Shown: positions 38,453 through 47,995 of the stretch, piece after piece
How positions within the stretch are numbered: position 1 is the stretch's first letter
How the letters are laid out: each line of letters opens with the position of its first letter
Origin: Candidatus Acidiferrales bacterium
Lineage (GTDB): Bacteria; Acidobacteriota; Terriglobia; Acidiferrales; UBA7541
Length of the DNA: 64,000 bases
Reading direction: 5' to 3'
NCBI GenBank assembly: GCA_035945715.1
Contig: DASYZX010000020.1
Coordinates: 129,622-193,621 of the forward strand
Program-made: the position numbers and the translations under genes
Notes under the pieces: generated by a model
Database searches by the model: none
Seen by the model: only the letters and a program-made list of their open reading frames with translations
Told to the model about the DNA's origin: nothing

Positions 38453-39975
38453 CTTTCACGGTTGCCGACTGGCTGATCGTCATCGGCTATCTGACTGGCT
38501 CCGTCGCGATCGGACTGCTCGGCAAGCGCTACCTTGGCGACGTTTCCCACTACCTGGTTGCGGGCCGCGAGCTCGGTCTTTACGTTGGAATCGCCACTCT
38601 TGCCGCCACGGAAATCGGCACCATCACCTACATGTACAACGGCGAACTCGGCTACCGCTTCGGGTTCGCTTCGTTCGCCGCGGCGTTGATTTCCGGTGTG
38701 GTGATGATCGTCGTCGGACGCACCGGCTTCATCATCAGCCGTTTCCGCCAGCTCAAACTGATGACCGTGCCGGAGTTTTTCGAGGTGCGCTACAGCCGCG
38801 GGTTGCGCCTCGTCACAGGAATTTTGGTCGCGCTCGGCGGAATTCTCAACATGGGCGTTTTCCTGAAAATCGAAGGCGAATTCTTGACCATCGTCAGCGG
38901 CATTCCTCAGCGCTACCTCATCGCCGTCATGACCGCGATCCTGCTGCTCGAACTTCTCTATACCGTCATCGGCGGAATGGTCTCCGTGGTCATCACCGAT
39001 TTTTTGCAATACTCATTGCTCTCCGTCGCCACAATACTCATCACGATCTACGCCGTGCACTTTGCAGGATGGGGCAATATCGTCCACAAAGTGACGCTCA
39101 CCATGGGCGCAGCCGGCTTCAGCCCAATCATCAGCCCGAAATTCGGCTGGACCTTTCTCATCTGGCAAGTTTTGCTGTGGCTTTCCGTCGTCACCTGCTG
39201 GCAAACCACGGCAATGCGCATCTTCTCAACACGCGATCCTCGCACCTCAAAGCGCGTCATGACCTGGACTGGCTTCATTTTTCTCGGCCGCGGCATGCTG
39301 CCAATGTTGTGGGGCATCGCCGCGCTCACGCTCTTCGGCACAGGCATGCTCGACAAAGGCATCCCGCTGCCCATGATTCACGGCCACACGATGGCGCCGA
39401 TCGACGCCATGCCTGCAATGCTCGCGCAAATCCTGGGTCCGGGTGTGCGCGGCATCGTCGTAGCCGGCATGCTCGCCGCAACCATGTCGGTGAACAGCTC
39501 GTATCTTCTCGGCTGGAGCGCCGTGATTTCGCAGGATGTCGTCCTCCCGCTGCGCGGCATGATGGGAAAATCACCGCTCGGTTCGCGCGCCCAGCTGGTC
39601 GTGAATCGCATCGCCAATCTTTTCGTGAGCCTGTTCCTGATGTTCTGGGGCTTGTATTACACGCCTCCCGGCGCCGTTTATCTCTACCTAAACATCACCG
39701 GCACGATTTTCCTGGCCGGTGCGTTTGTTTCGGTAGTGGGCGGTCTGTACTGGTCGCGCGCCAATATTCTCGCAGGCTATCTGGCCATGATTCTCGGCGC
39801 AGCGGGCGCGATCGTTCCGTTCTTTTTCCTCCACTGGAATGAGAACGTCACCGGCTTCATGGCTTTCGGACTTGCCGCTTGCGGATTCTTGCTCGGTTCG
39901 CTCGTCGGACGCCGCTCACCGCCGTCGGAAGCAATTCGCTCAGCCGGAAAACAACTCAGGGAAGCAGCATCATGA
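38449..39975 (+). CDS. Sodium:solute symporter (SSS) family transporter
   Basis: 508 aa with about 13 TM segments. 'YLVAGRELG' and 'TDFLQY' are typical SSS motifs. ATGA overlap with the upstream glycosidase. Confidence 0.88.
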   Translation: MTFTVADWLIVIGYLTGSVAIGLLGKRYLGDVSHYLVAGRELGLYVGIATLAATEIGTITYMYNGELGYRFGFASFAAALISGVVMIVVGRTGFIISRFRQLKLMTVPEFFEVRYSRGLRLVTGILVALGGILNMGVFLKIEGEFLTIVSGIPQRYLIAVMTAILLLELLYTVIGGMVSVVITDFLQYSLLSVATILITIYAVHFAGWGNIVHKVTLTMGAAGFSPIISPKFGWTFLIWQVLLWLSVVTCWQTTAMRIFSTRDPRTSKRVMTWTGFIFLGRGMLPMLWGIAALTLFGTGMLDKGIPLPMIHGHTMAPIDAMPAMLAQILGPGVRGIVVAGMLAATMSVNSSYLLGWSAVISQDVVLPLRGMMGKSPLGSRAQLVVNRIANLFVSLFLMFWGLYYTPPGAVYLYLNITGTIFLAGAFVSVVGGLYWSRANILAGYLAMILGAAGAIVPFFFLHWNENVTGFMAFGLAACGFLLGSLVGRRSPPSEAIRSAGKQLREAAS

Positions 39976-39994
39976 AGCGCTTCGAGAGAACGCG

Positions 39995-40141
39995 ATGAAA
40001 TACTGGGAAGCCTTTTGGACGCTGTGCCTCATTGTCGCTGGCGCAACCTTCGTCTTCATCACGCTGGTGGTAATCATCAAAGGCGTTCCGGACCTTCGCG
40101 AAACGCTGCGCCAGCTCCGCCGCCAAAACCTTCAACGTTAG
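39995..40141 (+). CDS. Small (48 aa) single-TM protein downstream of the symporter
   Basis: 'MKYWEAFWTLCLIVAGATFVFITLVVIIKGVPDLRETLRQLRRQ'. One clear TM helix. Position suggests an accessory subunit. No homology is asserted. Confidence 0.4.
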   Translation: MKYWEAFWTLCLIVAGATFVFITLVVIIKGVPDLRETLRQLRRQNLQR

Positions 40142-40148
40142 TTCCCCA

Positions 40149-41261
40149 TCAGCGTTCCGCAATCCATGCGTCAAATCGCTCCAGCGCCTTCTTCAGTTTC
40201 TCCCGCCCTTCTCCAAATCCGATGCGTATATATCCGGGCATCGCAAACTGATCGCCGGGAACGATCAACACATCTTTCTTTGCGCGCAACTCTTCGGCCA
40301 GCTGCCCCGAATTCCACTTCTTCAGCAATCCAACCCACGCAATGGCGCCGGCTCGCGGCGAAACATGAGAAAAAACATCGTTGTGCTGCTCCAGCCATCC
40401 GCCGACCACCGGATAATTCTCTCTCAGAATCTGCCGCGTCCGTTCGAGCAGCCCCGCATGTCTGCGCGGCTCAAGCGCCAGCGACGCAATGCGATCGGTA
40501 AGCATCGTCGGTCCAATGCTCGTGTAATCGTGATAGCCCCACAGCTGGTCGGTCATTTCCGCCGGCGCAATCACCCACCCCGTGCGCAACCCCGGCAACC
40601 CGTACGCCTTGGAAAGTCCCGCATTGCACAGGACGCGTTCATATTGGCCCCAGAAGCTCTGTGTCGTTTTCCCATCGAACTCTGCGCCGCGATAGACCTC
40701 GTCCGCCAGAATCCAAGCACCCACCTTGCTTGCCGCCGCGCAAATCGCGTTCATCGTTTCCTGGTCCAGCACCGCGCCTGTCGGATTGCTCGGGTTGCAT
40801 ACGGCAATGATCTTCGTGCGCGGCGTCACTAACGTCTCCAGCTCATCGGCGTCCGGCGCCCAGTTCAACTCTTCGCGCAACCACCACGGTTTCACGGTCG
40901 CGCCGAATCCTTTCGCCAGGCCCGCCACCTGCATGTAGTTCGGCTGCATAAAAACAACTTCATCGCCGCGTTCGACAAGCGCCCACGTGCTTACGTAATT
41001 CGCCTCGGCACCTCCGCACGTCACCAGCACGTTCTTCGCCGCCGCTCCCGGATAAAGCGCTGCGATGTGCGCGCGCAACTCTTCGCTGCCGTTCGTTTGC
41101 GCATAACCAAGCCGCGCGTCGAGCACACGCTCCACGTCGGCCGCATCCTCGAGAAGCTCGCGCACGCTCAGCGGGTCCACGCCGCTTTCCGCGATGTTCA
41201 GCTCGATGCGGTTCTCCCAAACCGATTGCCATCGTTCCAGTTCAAATGTCTCGATCTGCAT
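40149..41261 (-). CDS. Class I/II PLP-dependent aminotransferase
   Basis: 370 aa. 'NPSNPTGAV', 'ADEVYRG', and the PLP-lysine context 'AGLSKAYGLPGLRTGW'. Confidence 0.88.
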   Translation of the reverse strand: MQIETFELERWQSVWENRIELNIAESGVDPLSVRELLEDAADVERVLDARLGYAQTNGSEELRAHIAALYPGAAAKNVLVTCGGAEANYVSTWALVERGDEVVFMQPNYMQVAGLAKGFGATVKPWWLREELNWAPDADELETLVTPRTKIIAVCNPSNPTGAVLDQETMNAICAAASKVGAWILADEVYRGAEFDGKTTQSFWGQYERVLCNAGLSKAYGLPGLRTGWVIAPAEMTDQLWGYHDYTSIGPTMLTDRIASLALEPRRHAGLLERTRQILRENYPVVGGWLEQHNDVFSHVSPRAGAIAWVGLLKKWNSGQLAEELRAKKDVLIVPGDQFAMPGYIRIGFGEGREKLKKALERFDAWIAER

Positions 41262-41504
41262 TCCTCACCTCACTCGTTGCGCACAGTAAACTATGCCGCG
41301 CGAGACCACAGGTCAACTCATCTGCTGAGCTCCCTGCCGCCGTGCATTCCGGTTGCCTCGATTTGTGCCTTGGAGCAAAATGTCGCCGCCGCTAGCGCGT
41401 CCTCGAGCCGCAAGCGGCAGCCAATTTCACAAAATGGCTCTTCGAAACGGAGGTTTCATGTTTTGCCGCAGCTCTTTTCTTCCACGCACTGAAAGGACGA
41501 CCCT

Positions 41505-42956
41505 ATGAAAAAGACAGAATTCTTCGCGTTCCTCGCCGCGCTCCTGCTATGCGCGACGCCTTCGCTCCACGCGCAATCCGCCTCGTCTCTCGCTCCGGGC
41601 GTTCGCGAATTCGTCAAAGTCAGCGCGCCGGTCATCGCGCTTACGCATGCGCGGGTGATCGACGGCACAGGCTCGCCCGCGCGCGCCGATCAAACCATCG
41701 TCATCTTGGACGGAAAAATTCAATCGATTGGCGATTCCGCCAGCACCGCCCCGCCTTCCGGCGCGCAGGTTCTCGACCTCTCGGGCAAGACCGTCATTCC
41801 CGGCCTCGTCGGCATGCACGAGCATCTTTTTTATCCCGCCGGAGGCCGCACGGCTGTCGCGCTTTATAACGAAATGGGCTTCAGTTTCCCGCGTTTGTAC
41901 CTCGCCTGCGGCGTCACGTCGATGCGCACCACCGGCAGCATTCAGCCGTACACGGATCTCGAATTGAAGAAACTGATCGACACTGGCAAACTCGCCGGCC
42001 CGAAAATCCACGTCACCGCTCCGTACCTCGAAGGACCGGGCGCATTTACTCCCGTCATGCACCAACTGACCGGGCCCGACGACGCGCGCGAGACCGTCAA
42101 CTACTGGGCCGATGAAGGCGCCACTTCGTTCAAAGCGTACATGAACCTCACCCGTGCCGAACTTGCCGCCGCCGTCAACGCCGCCCACAAGCGCAACATC
42201 AAAGTCACCGGCCATTTGTGCTCGATCGGCTTCAAGGAAGCCGCCGCGCTCGGCATCGACGACCTCGAGCACGGACTCATGGTCGACACGGAGTTCGATC
42301 CGGGCAAAACTCCCGATGTTTGCCCCTCGCAGCAACTCACCGCAAAAACACTCGCTGATATCGACATCGAAGGCACGCCCGTGCAGGACACAATTCGCGA
42401 CTTGGTCGCGCATCACGTCGCGGTCACATCCACCATCGTGATTTTCGAAACCAGTGTTCCCAATCAGCCGCCGCTTGAGCGCCGCGTCATCGACGCAATG
42501 CTTCCCGAAGCCGCCATCGCCTATCTCAGCACGCGCTCGGTCATCGGAAGCAACGCAAGTTCTCCCTGGCCAACGCTGCTCAAAAAAGAAATGCAGTTCG
42601 AATATGACTTCGTCAAGGCCGGCGGCCTTCTCCTCGCAGGCGAAGACCCCACCGGCTACGGCGGCGATCTCGCTGGTTTTGGCGACCAGCGCGAACTGGA
42701 GCTTCTCGTGCAAGCCGGCTTCACGCCTGCGGAAGCCATCCACATCTACAGCGAAAACGGCGCGCGCTTTCTCGGAGAAGATGACCGCGTCGGCACTCTC
42801 GCGGCCGGCAAGCAGGCCGACATCGTCGTCATCGCCGGCGATCCGTTAGCCAACATTCACGATATCGAAAAAACCGAGCTCGTATTCAAGGACGGAATCG
42901 GCTACGACTCCGCCAAACTGATCGAATCGGTTCGCGGGTCCGTCGGCCTCCAATAA
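41505..42956 (+). CDS. Secreted amidohydrolase-family metallo-hydrolase
   Basis: Signal peptide 'FFAFLAALLLCATPSLHAQ'. 'VIPGLVGMHEHLFY' (HxH metal site). 'ADIVVIAGDPL' C-terminal motif. Confidence 0.85.
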   Translation: MKKTEFFAFLAALLLCATPSLHAQSASSLAPGVREFVKVSAPVIALTHARVIDGTGSPARADQTIVILDGKIQSIGDSASTAPPSGAQVLDLSGKTVIPGLVGMHEHLFYPAGGRTAVALYNEMGFSFPRLYLACGVTSMRTTGSIQPYTDLELKKLIDTGKLAGPKIHVTAPYLEGPGAFTPVMHQLTGPDDARETVNYWADEGATSFKAYMNLTRAELAAAVNAAHKRNIKVTGHLCSIGFKEAAALGIDDLEHGLMVDTEFDPGKTPDVCPSQQLTAKTLADIDIEGTPVQDTIRDLVAHHVAVTSTIVIFETSVPNQPPLERRVIDAMLPEAAIAYLSTRSVIGSNASSPWPTLLKKEMQFEYDFVKAGGLLLAGEDPTGYGGDLAGFGDQRELELLVQAGFTPAEAIHIYSENGARFLGEDDRVGTLAAGKQADIVVIAGDPLANIHDIEKTELVFKDGIGYDSAKLIESVRGSVGLQ

Positions 42957-43004
42957 TTTCGGCCAAATAACGATCAGGCTTCAGTTCACGGAAAAGGGGA
43001 ACGC

Positions 43005-43661
43005 ATGAAAAACTTACTCGCAGAGTCTTGCCTTCTCGCTCGCGGATTCCACGGCACTGTGCTTCTCGCCATCCTCGCGCTGTGCCCATTGATGGCACAG
43101 GCGCAAACATCCGCGCCATCTGCGCCAACGAGCGGAATCTCCGCGCAGCAATCGCAAGTTTATTCTTCTTCGCTGACCAGCGATCCCGGGCCGCTGCTCT
43201 TTGGAAAAGGATTCCTGCGCGGCTTTGGAGACTTCGAGCTCGCGCCGCCGCACAACGAACCCGACCTCGGCCGCTGCAACCAGCCCCAGCCAACCTGCTC
43301 GGCCTTCGCGCGCTACATCGCCGAAGGCTATGTCGAATTTCAGCCTTTCGCGCGCACCCCGCTGCGCCACGCCTACCTTTTCCTCGATTCGCGCTTCTTC
43401 TTCGGCAAAACCATCCCTCAGGTCGACTACACATATTCCATGCAGCCGCTCGCCTGGGAACGCACCCTGGGCCTCGCCATTGCTTTGCCGAAACACTTCG
43501 AGCTTCGCGTCACCAATCACGGCGTCACTTCGTTCAGCCCATTCGACAAAAGTCTTGGAGCTTTCGACTCCGGCCCCAACAAAGAGCCTCTCGGCATCTA
43601 CAACACCATTGGCGTTCGCTGGTATTTCGGCGGATACGCCCATTCGAGTTCTTCGTGGTAA
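43005..43661 (+). CDS. Hypothetical secreted or outer-membrane protein
   Basis: Signal peptide 'VLLAILALCPLMAQAQ'. Alternating beta-like C-terminus 'IGVRWYFGGY'. No family recognised. Confidence 0.6.
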   Translation: MKNLLAESCLLARGFHGTVLLAILALCPLMAQAQTSAPSAPTSGISAQQSQVYSSSLTSDPGPLLFGKGFLRGFGDFELAPPHNEPDLGRCNQPQPTCSAFARYIAEGYVEFQPFARTPLRHAYLFLDSRFFFGKTIPQVDYTYSMQPLAWERTLGLAIALPKHFELRVTNHGVTSFSPFDKSLGAFDSGPNKEPLGIYNTIGVRWYFGGYAHSSSSW

Positions 43662-43745
43662 GAGGAAGTTGCGGCCACTGCGAAGTAGCGCGGAAGGGTC
43701 GGACGGAACTCATTCGAAGTGGTTTTTGAAATTCGCAGGCCGCGG

Positions 43746-46238
43746 TTAGCTTTTCCCGGTGCCAAACGCAAGCGCCACGAGCGTCTTCTGCTCCATCTCA
43801 TGCGCTTTCGCTGAACCTGTCGCCGGACTCGCGCTCGCCGAACGCTTGACCGACCGCACCGCATGCCCGCGCAACACGCGCTCCAGCCTCGGCATCACGA
43901 AATTCAGAGCGCCCATATTCGCCGGCTCTTCCTGTACCCACACGAAATCGCGCGCCGACGAGTACTCTCCGAGCATTCGTTCCAGTTCTTTCTCCGGGAA
44001 TGGATAAATCTGCTCCAGAAAAATGACCGCCGTCGAACGGTCCTGTCGCCGTTTCCGCTCCGCTGCGAGCTCGTGCCCGATTTTCCCCGTGCACATCAGA
44101 ATTCGCTCCGCTTGCGGCGCTTCCGCGTCCGGCAAAACCGTCTGAAATCTCGGCAACGAAAAATCGGCAATGGCCGAAGCCGCCGCCGGATTTCTCAGCA
44201 TGCTTTTCGGCGTGAACACAACCAGCGGCTTTCGCCATCGCCGCCGGGCCTGCCGCCGCAGCAAATGAAAATACTGCGCCGCATTCGAAGGCTGGCAAAC
44301 CTGAATGTTGTCGTGCGCCGCAAGCTGCAAGTATCGCTCGATGCGCGCACTCGAATGCTCCGGCCCCTGCCCTTCATATCCATGCGGCAGCAGCAGCACC
44401 AGCCCCGACAGCAGTTTCCACTTGTCCTCGCCCGCCGCGATGAACTGGTCAACAATCACCTGTGCGCCATTCGCAAAATCGCCGAACTGCGCCTCCCACA
44501 ACACCAGCGCCTCCGGGAAGTCTCGGCTGAACCCGTATTCGAATCCCATCACCGAGGCTTCCGAAAGCGACGAACTGTACACCTCAAACCGCGCCTGATT
44601 CGCCGAAACATTGGCCAGCGGCACGAACTCCTTTTCCGTCTGCGTGTCAATCAGCACGGAATGCCGCTGGTTGAAAGTTCCGCGCTTACTGTCCTGCCCG
44701 CTCAGCCGCACCGGCGTTCCTTCCGCGAGCAACGAACCAAACGCCAGCGCCTCCGCCATCCCGTAATCCACTGCGCTTTTTCCCGCGCCCATCGCCGCGC
44801 GTTGATCCAGCAGCTTCTTCACCTTTGGATGAATCGCAAAATCGCTCGGATAACTCGTCAGCTTCACCGTCAACTGGCACAGCGTTTCCTGCGCCACGCC
44901 TGTCTCAACGTCGAACTCCGGCTTGTAAATCCCTCCTTCGTAATTGTCCCAGTACGAAGGCAGCCGCCACATCTTGGGGACTTTTTCCAAACTCACCGCG
45001 TTCTTCTGCGCCTTCTCGAAATCCGCGCGCACTTCTTCCACCGTACTGGTTGGATCGCTTCCCGTTCTCTCCGCATATAGCTTCCACAGGGCCGGGTGCG
45101 CTTGAATCTTGCGATAGCGCAGCGGCTGCGTGATTGTAGGATCGTCCACTTCGCTGTGCCCGTATCGCCGGTAGCCAATCAAATCAATCACCACCGGACT
45201 CTGAAACGCATACCGGTACTCCACTGCCATCCGCGCCACGCGTACCACCGCATCGGGATCCTCCGCGTTCACGTGGAAAACCGGTACTGGAATGCGCTTC
45301 ACAATATCCGAAGCGAATCGCGACGACTGGCACTCCGACGGCACCGCCGTAAATCCGATCAAATTATTCACGATGATGTGCACGCCGCCGCCGACGGAAA
45401 ATCCATCAATGAGCAAAAAGTTCAGCGTCTCCGCCCAAATTCCCTGCCCCGCAAACGCAGCATCGCCGTGCATCACCACGGGAAGCACCTGCGCGACTCC
45501 TTTTTCTCCGCGCCGCGTCTGTTTCGCGCGCGCGCGGCCTAGCGCCACCGGGTCTACCGCCTCCAAATGGCTCGGATTCGACACCAGATGAATGCCGATC
45601 GGCCGCCCGCTGAGCGTTGTGTATTCCCCTGTCGCGCCGATGTGATACTTCACGTCGCCGCCGCCCAGCTCGCTCCGCGCATCCACTTCCTCGAACCGCG
45701 CGAAAATGTCCTCCGCTGGCCGCCCGACAATATGAATCATCACGTTGAGCCGCCCGCGATGGCTCATCCCCAGCACAATTTCTTCAACGCCTCGCTCTGC
45801 CGCGCTCTCGATCGTTTCGTCCAGCAGAGGAATGAGCGACGTCAATCCTTCGAGCGAAAATCTTTTGTTCCCCAGATAGCGGCTCTGCACGACTTGCTCG
45901 AACAGCTCCGCTCGCACCAGCCGTTCCAGAATGCGTCCGCGGTCCGGCTCCGGCGCGGGCGACTCCATCCGTTGCTGAATCCACCGTCGGCGCCCTCCGT
46001 CCAAAATGTGCATGAAATCCGCGCCGATGGTTCCGCAATAAATGCGCCGCGCCTCGTCAGCATCCTCGCCGCTGAGCTGCGTCAATTCCGGCACAGGGCA
46101 CGGCTTGAAATCTCCGAGCGGATCCAGGTCCGCTTCGTAATATCCCCAGCGCCGGAACGCGTCGAAAACCGCTTCGCGTTTTCCGTTCCGCTTTTCGGCT
46201 GACGCGCTTTCTTCGATCACCGCTGATTTGTTTTTCAA
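43746..46238 (-). CDS. sucA: 2-oxoglutarate dehydrogenase E1 component
   Basis: 'IGADFMHI', 'GMSHRGRLNV', 'HGDAAFAGQG', 'GYRRYGHSEVDDP', 'WEAQFGDFANGAQ', 'LLLPHGYEGQGPEHSS'. The upstream DinB gene ends at 46289, so the start was set at TTG 46238 behind GAAGGAA. The start is uncertain. Confidence 0.9.
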   Translation of the reverse strand: MKNKSAVIEESASAEKRNGKREAVFDAFRRWGYYEADLDPLGDFKPCPVPELTQLSGEDADEARRIYCGTIGADFMHILDGGRRRWIQQRMESPAPEPDRGRILERLVRAELFEQVVQSRYLGNKRFSLEGLTSLIPLLDETIESAAERGVEEIVLGMSHRGRLNVMIHIVGRPAEDIFARFEEVDARSELGGGDVKYHIGATGEYTTLSGRPIGIHLVSNPSHLEAVDPVALGRARAKQTRRGEKGVAQVLPVVMHGDAAFAGQGIWAETLNFLLIDGFSVGGGVHIIVNNLIGFTAVPSECQSSRFASDIVKRIPVPVFHVNAEDPDAVVRVARMAVEYRYAFQSPVVIDLIGYRRYGHSEVDDPTITQPLRYRKIQAHPALWKLYAERTGSDPTSTVEEVRADFEKAQKNAVSLEKVPKMWRLPSYWDNYEGGIYKPEFDVETGVAQETLCQLTVKLTSYPSDFAIHPKVKKLLDQRAAMGAGKSAVDYGMAEALAFGSLLAEGTPVRLSGQDSKRGTFNQRHSVLIDTQTEKEFVPLANVSANQARFEVYSSSLSEASVMGFEYGFSRDFPEALVLWEAQFGDFANGAQVIVDQFIAAGEDKWKLLSGLVLLLPHGYEGQGPEHSSARIERYLQLAAHDNIQVCQPSNAAQYFHLLRRQARRRWRKPLVVFTPKSMLRNPAAASAIADFSLPRFQTVLPDAEAPQAERILMCTGKIGHELAAERKRRQDRSTAVIFLEQIYPFPEKELERMLGEYSSARDFVWVQEEPANMGALNFVMPRLERVLRGHAVRSVKRSASASPATGSAKAHEMEQKTLVALAFGTGKS

Positions 46239-46288
46239 TTGGGTTCCTTCGTATGAATGCAAAATCGGGTCACCAACACTGGGTTTCG

Positions 46289-46840
46289 CTACGATTCCCG
46301 CCACGCTCCCAGCAATTTCCGCACCAGCACAATCTGTCCCAGATGATAAGCGCTGTGATCGGCGGCCAGCAGGGCTTCGCGCAAAATCGTTTGCCCATCT
46401 CCGTGCGCGATCTTCTCGAAGAGATTTGCCTTCGGATCGCTCACCAGTTTCTTCATTTCCGCCAAATCCCTTCCGAACGCCTTCGCGCTCTTTCCCCACG
46501 CCTCCGCATTCGGCGGCGCATCAGTAGATGGCCAGTAGCCTTCCGGGAACTGCGGAGAAACGTGCTTCGCATTCCGCGAAAATTCCAAAATGTCCCGTTG
46601 CGCGATTCGCATGTGCTCCAGCAATTGCCACGCCGTGTGCGGCGCTCCATGCGCCTTCGCCCCTTGCAGATTCGCCGGTATGTCGGCCACAACGTCCTGC
46701 CACGACGCATGCGCCTGGCCGCCATCCAGTAATTTCGCAAGCTGCTCGCGCAGCGCCTTATCATCCGCCGAGCCGACGCCCTTCGCAGCCTTGGACGGAA
46801 CGGTGCGCTTGCGCGCTTTCTCTTTTCCTGAGTGTTTCAT
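46289..46840 (-). CDS. DinB-family protein
   Basis: 'TAWQLLEHMRIAQRDILEF' and 'AADHSAYHLGQIVLVRK'. Confidence 0.85.
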   Translation of the reverse strand: MKHSGKEKARKRTVPSKAAKGVGSADDKALREQLAKLLDGGQAHASWQDVVADIPANLQGAKAHGAPHTAWQLLEHMRIAQRDILEFSRNAKHVSPQFPEGYWPSTDAPPNAEAWGKSAKAFGRDLAEMKKLVSDPKANLFEKIAHGDGQTILREALLAADHSAYHLGQIVLVRKLLGAWRES

Positions 46841-46900
46841 CTCAATATTTTAAGACCCAGCCCTCCGCCGGTCAACGCATCCCGAAGCTCGCTAGCTGCG

Positions 46901-46925
46901 GGAACTGTTTGTACCTCTTCCGAAC
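46901..46925 (+). promoter_or_regulatory. Candidate ECF-type promoter (GGAAC-N15-CGAAC) upstream of the ECF sigma gene
   Basis: ggaac tgtttgtacctcttc cgaac, about 45 nt upstream of the GTG start at 46968. A similar motif lies downstream of the operon at 47880. Confidence 0.3.
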
Positions 46926-46967
46926 TCTTTTTCCCAACAAAGCCTCTATTACAATTGAACACACAGC

Positions 46968-47507
46968 GTGGCTACGCCAAGACAAGAAGCACAGTGGGCC
47001 CTGAGAGCGCAGTGCAACGACCGTGAAGCTCTTGAGCTTCTGCTGCGCAGCGTACAGCCTTCGCTTCACCGTTATCTTAAAAGGCTGGTTGGCGCCTCAT
47101 CGGCCGATGACGTCTTGCAGGAGGTCCTCATTATTATTTCGCGCAAACTGAAGTGGTTGGATACGCCAGAGTTTTTTCGGTCTTGGGCTTATCGAGTTGC
47201 AAGCCGCGCTGCTTTCCACCACTTGAAGAAGGAAAAACGGTGGTGGGAGCAGTTTCGCGACGAGTCCGTGCTCGAAGAGGTCGCAGGTCCCTCGTTATCG
47301 CCTGCGGTGGAGCTGCTACCGGAGTTATTGAATTCGGATGCGCTCTCGTCAGCGAGCCGCGCCGTATTGGCGCTCCACTTTCAGGAGGAGTTGTCTCTTC
47401 CGGAAGTCGCCGCAATCCTCGGGATTCCTCTGGGTACCGTCAAATCGCGCCTCGCATATGGTTTGGCCACCCTCCGCAAAAAACTCGATTCAACAAGGAG
47501 CGTGTAA
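46968..47507 (+). CDS. ECF-type sigma-70 family factor
   Basis: 179 aa. Region 2 'ALELLLRSVQPSLHRYL...ADDVLQEVLI'. Region 4 'SRAVLALHFQEELSLPEVAAILGIPLGTVKSRL'. GTG start. Confidence 0.88.
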   Translation: MATPRQEAQWALRAQCNDREALELLLRSVQPSLHRYLKRLVGASSADDVLQEVLIIISRKLKWLDTPEFFRSWAYRVASRAAFHHLKKEKRWWEQFRDESVLEEVAGPSLSPAVELLPELLNSDALSSASRAVLALHFQEELSLPEVAAILGIPLGTVKSRLAYGLATLRKKLDSTRSV

Positions 47508-47803
47508 TGTCACAGGAAATGGAAACTATTTTGCGCAAGTCGCTGGATGAAATGGACCGCATCCAAAAATGGCAGGTCGTAGGTCTAGTGATCTTTCTCC
47601 TTCTGTTCTTGCTTCAGGCCTTCAGCTTCTTCGCGACCATGAGTCACGCTGCTGCAAAGACGATCCCCGCCTATGGAATCGCGGGTTTAGGCGTATCAGT
47701 TATCTTGTTTACTGTGGTCTTTTGCACACTTGGAATTACGCTGTTTATTGCTCGCATGACCAAGAGAATCTTGAAGGCCATTGAATTATCGTCGAGGCCG
47801 TGA
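47507..47803 (+). CDS. Small two-TM membrane protein, possible cognate anti-sigma factor
   Basis: TAATG overlap with the sigma gene. 'VVGLVIFLLLFLLQAFSFF' and 'GLGVSVILFTVVFCTLGITLFI' are hydrophobic helices. No zf-HC2 motif. Confidence 0.6.
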   Translation: MSQEMETILRKSLDEMDRIQKWQVVGLVIFLLLFLLQAFSFFATMSHAAAKTIPAYGIAGLGVSVILFTVVFCTLGITLFIARMTKRILKAIELSSRP

Positions 47804-47879
47804 TCGCGGGGTCAAGGCCTGGAATGCGAGCCGTGTCGTCCGCTTGGTTTCGCCGGCGCGGGTGAGTCAGAGGTTACTC

Positions 47880-47905
47880 GGAACGAATCGCACCTGAATT
47901 CGAAA
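47880..47905 (+). promoter_or_regulatory. Candidate ECF-type promoter (GGAAC-N16-CGAAA) upstream of the Tat-aminotransferase gene
   Basis: ggaac gaatcgcacctgaatt cgaaa, about 90 nt upstream of ATG 47996. It resembles the 46901 motif. Confidence 0.25.
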
Positions 47906-47995
47906 CCCCCGCATCCCTTGCGCGCTTCCTCGGTCGGACGGATAATCCGCCCAGCGATCCTGCGAGGAGAATCGCACGCGCGGCTGGAGGATTCG

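Noticed and set aside
43662-43745. Long-range inverted repeat (ttgcggcc...ggccgcgg) between the convergent hypothetical gene and sucA, considered as a terminator.
   Set aside because: The arms are imperfect and separated by ~50 nt, and there is no T-run. This is not convincing as an intrinsic terminator.
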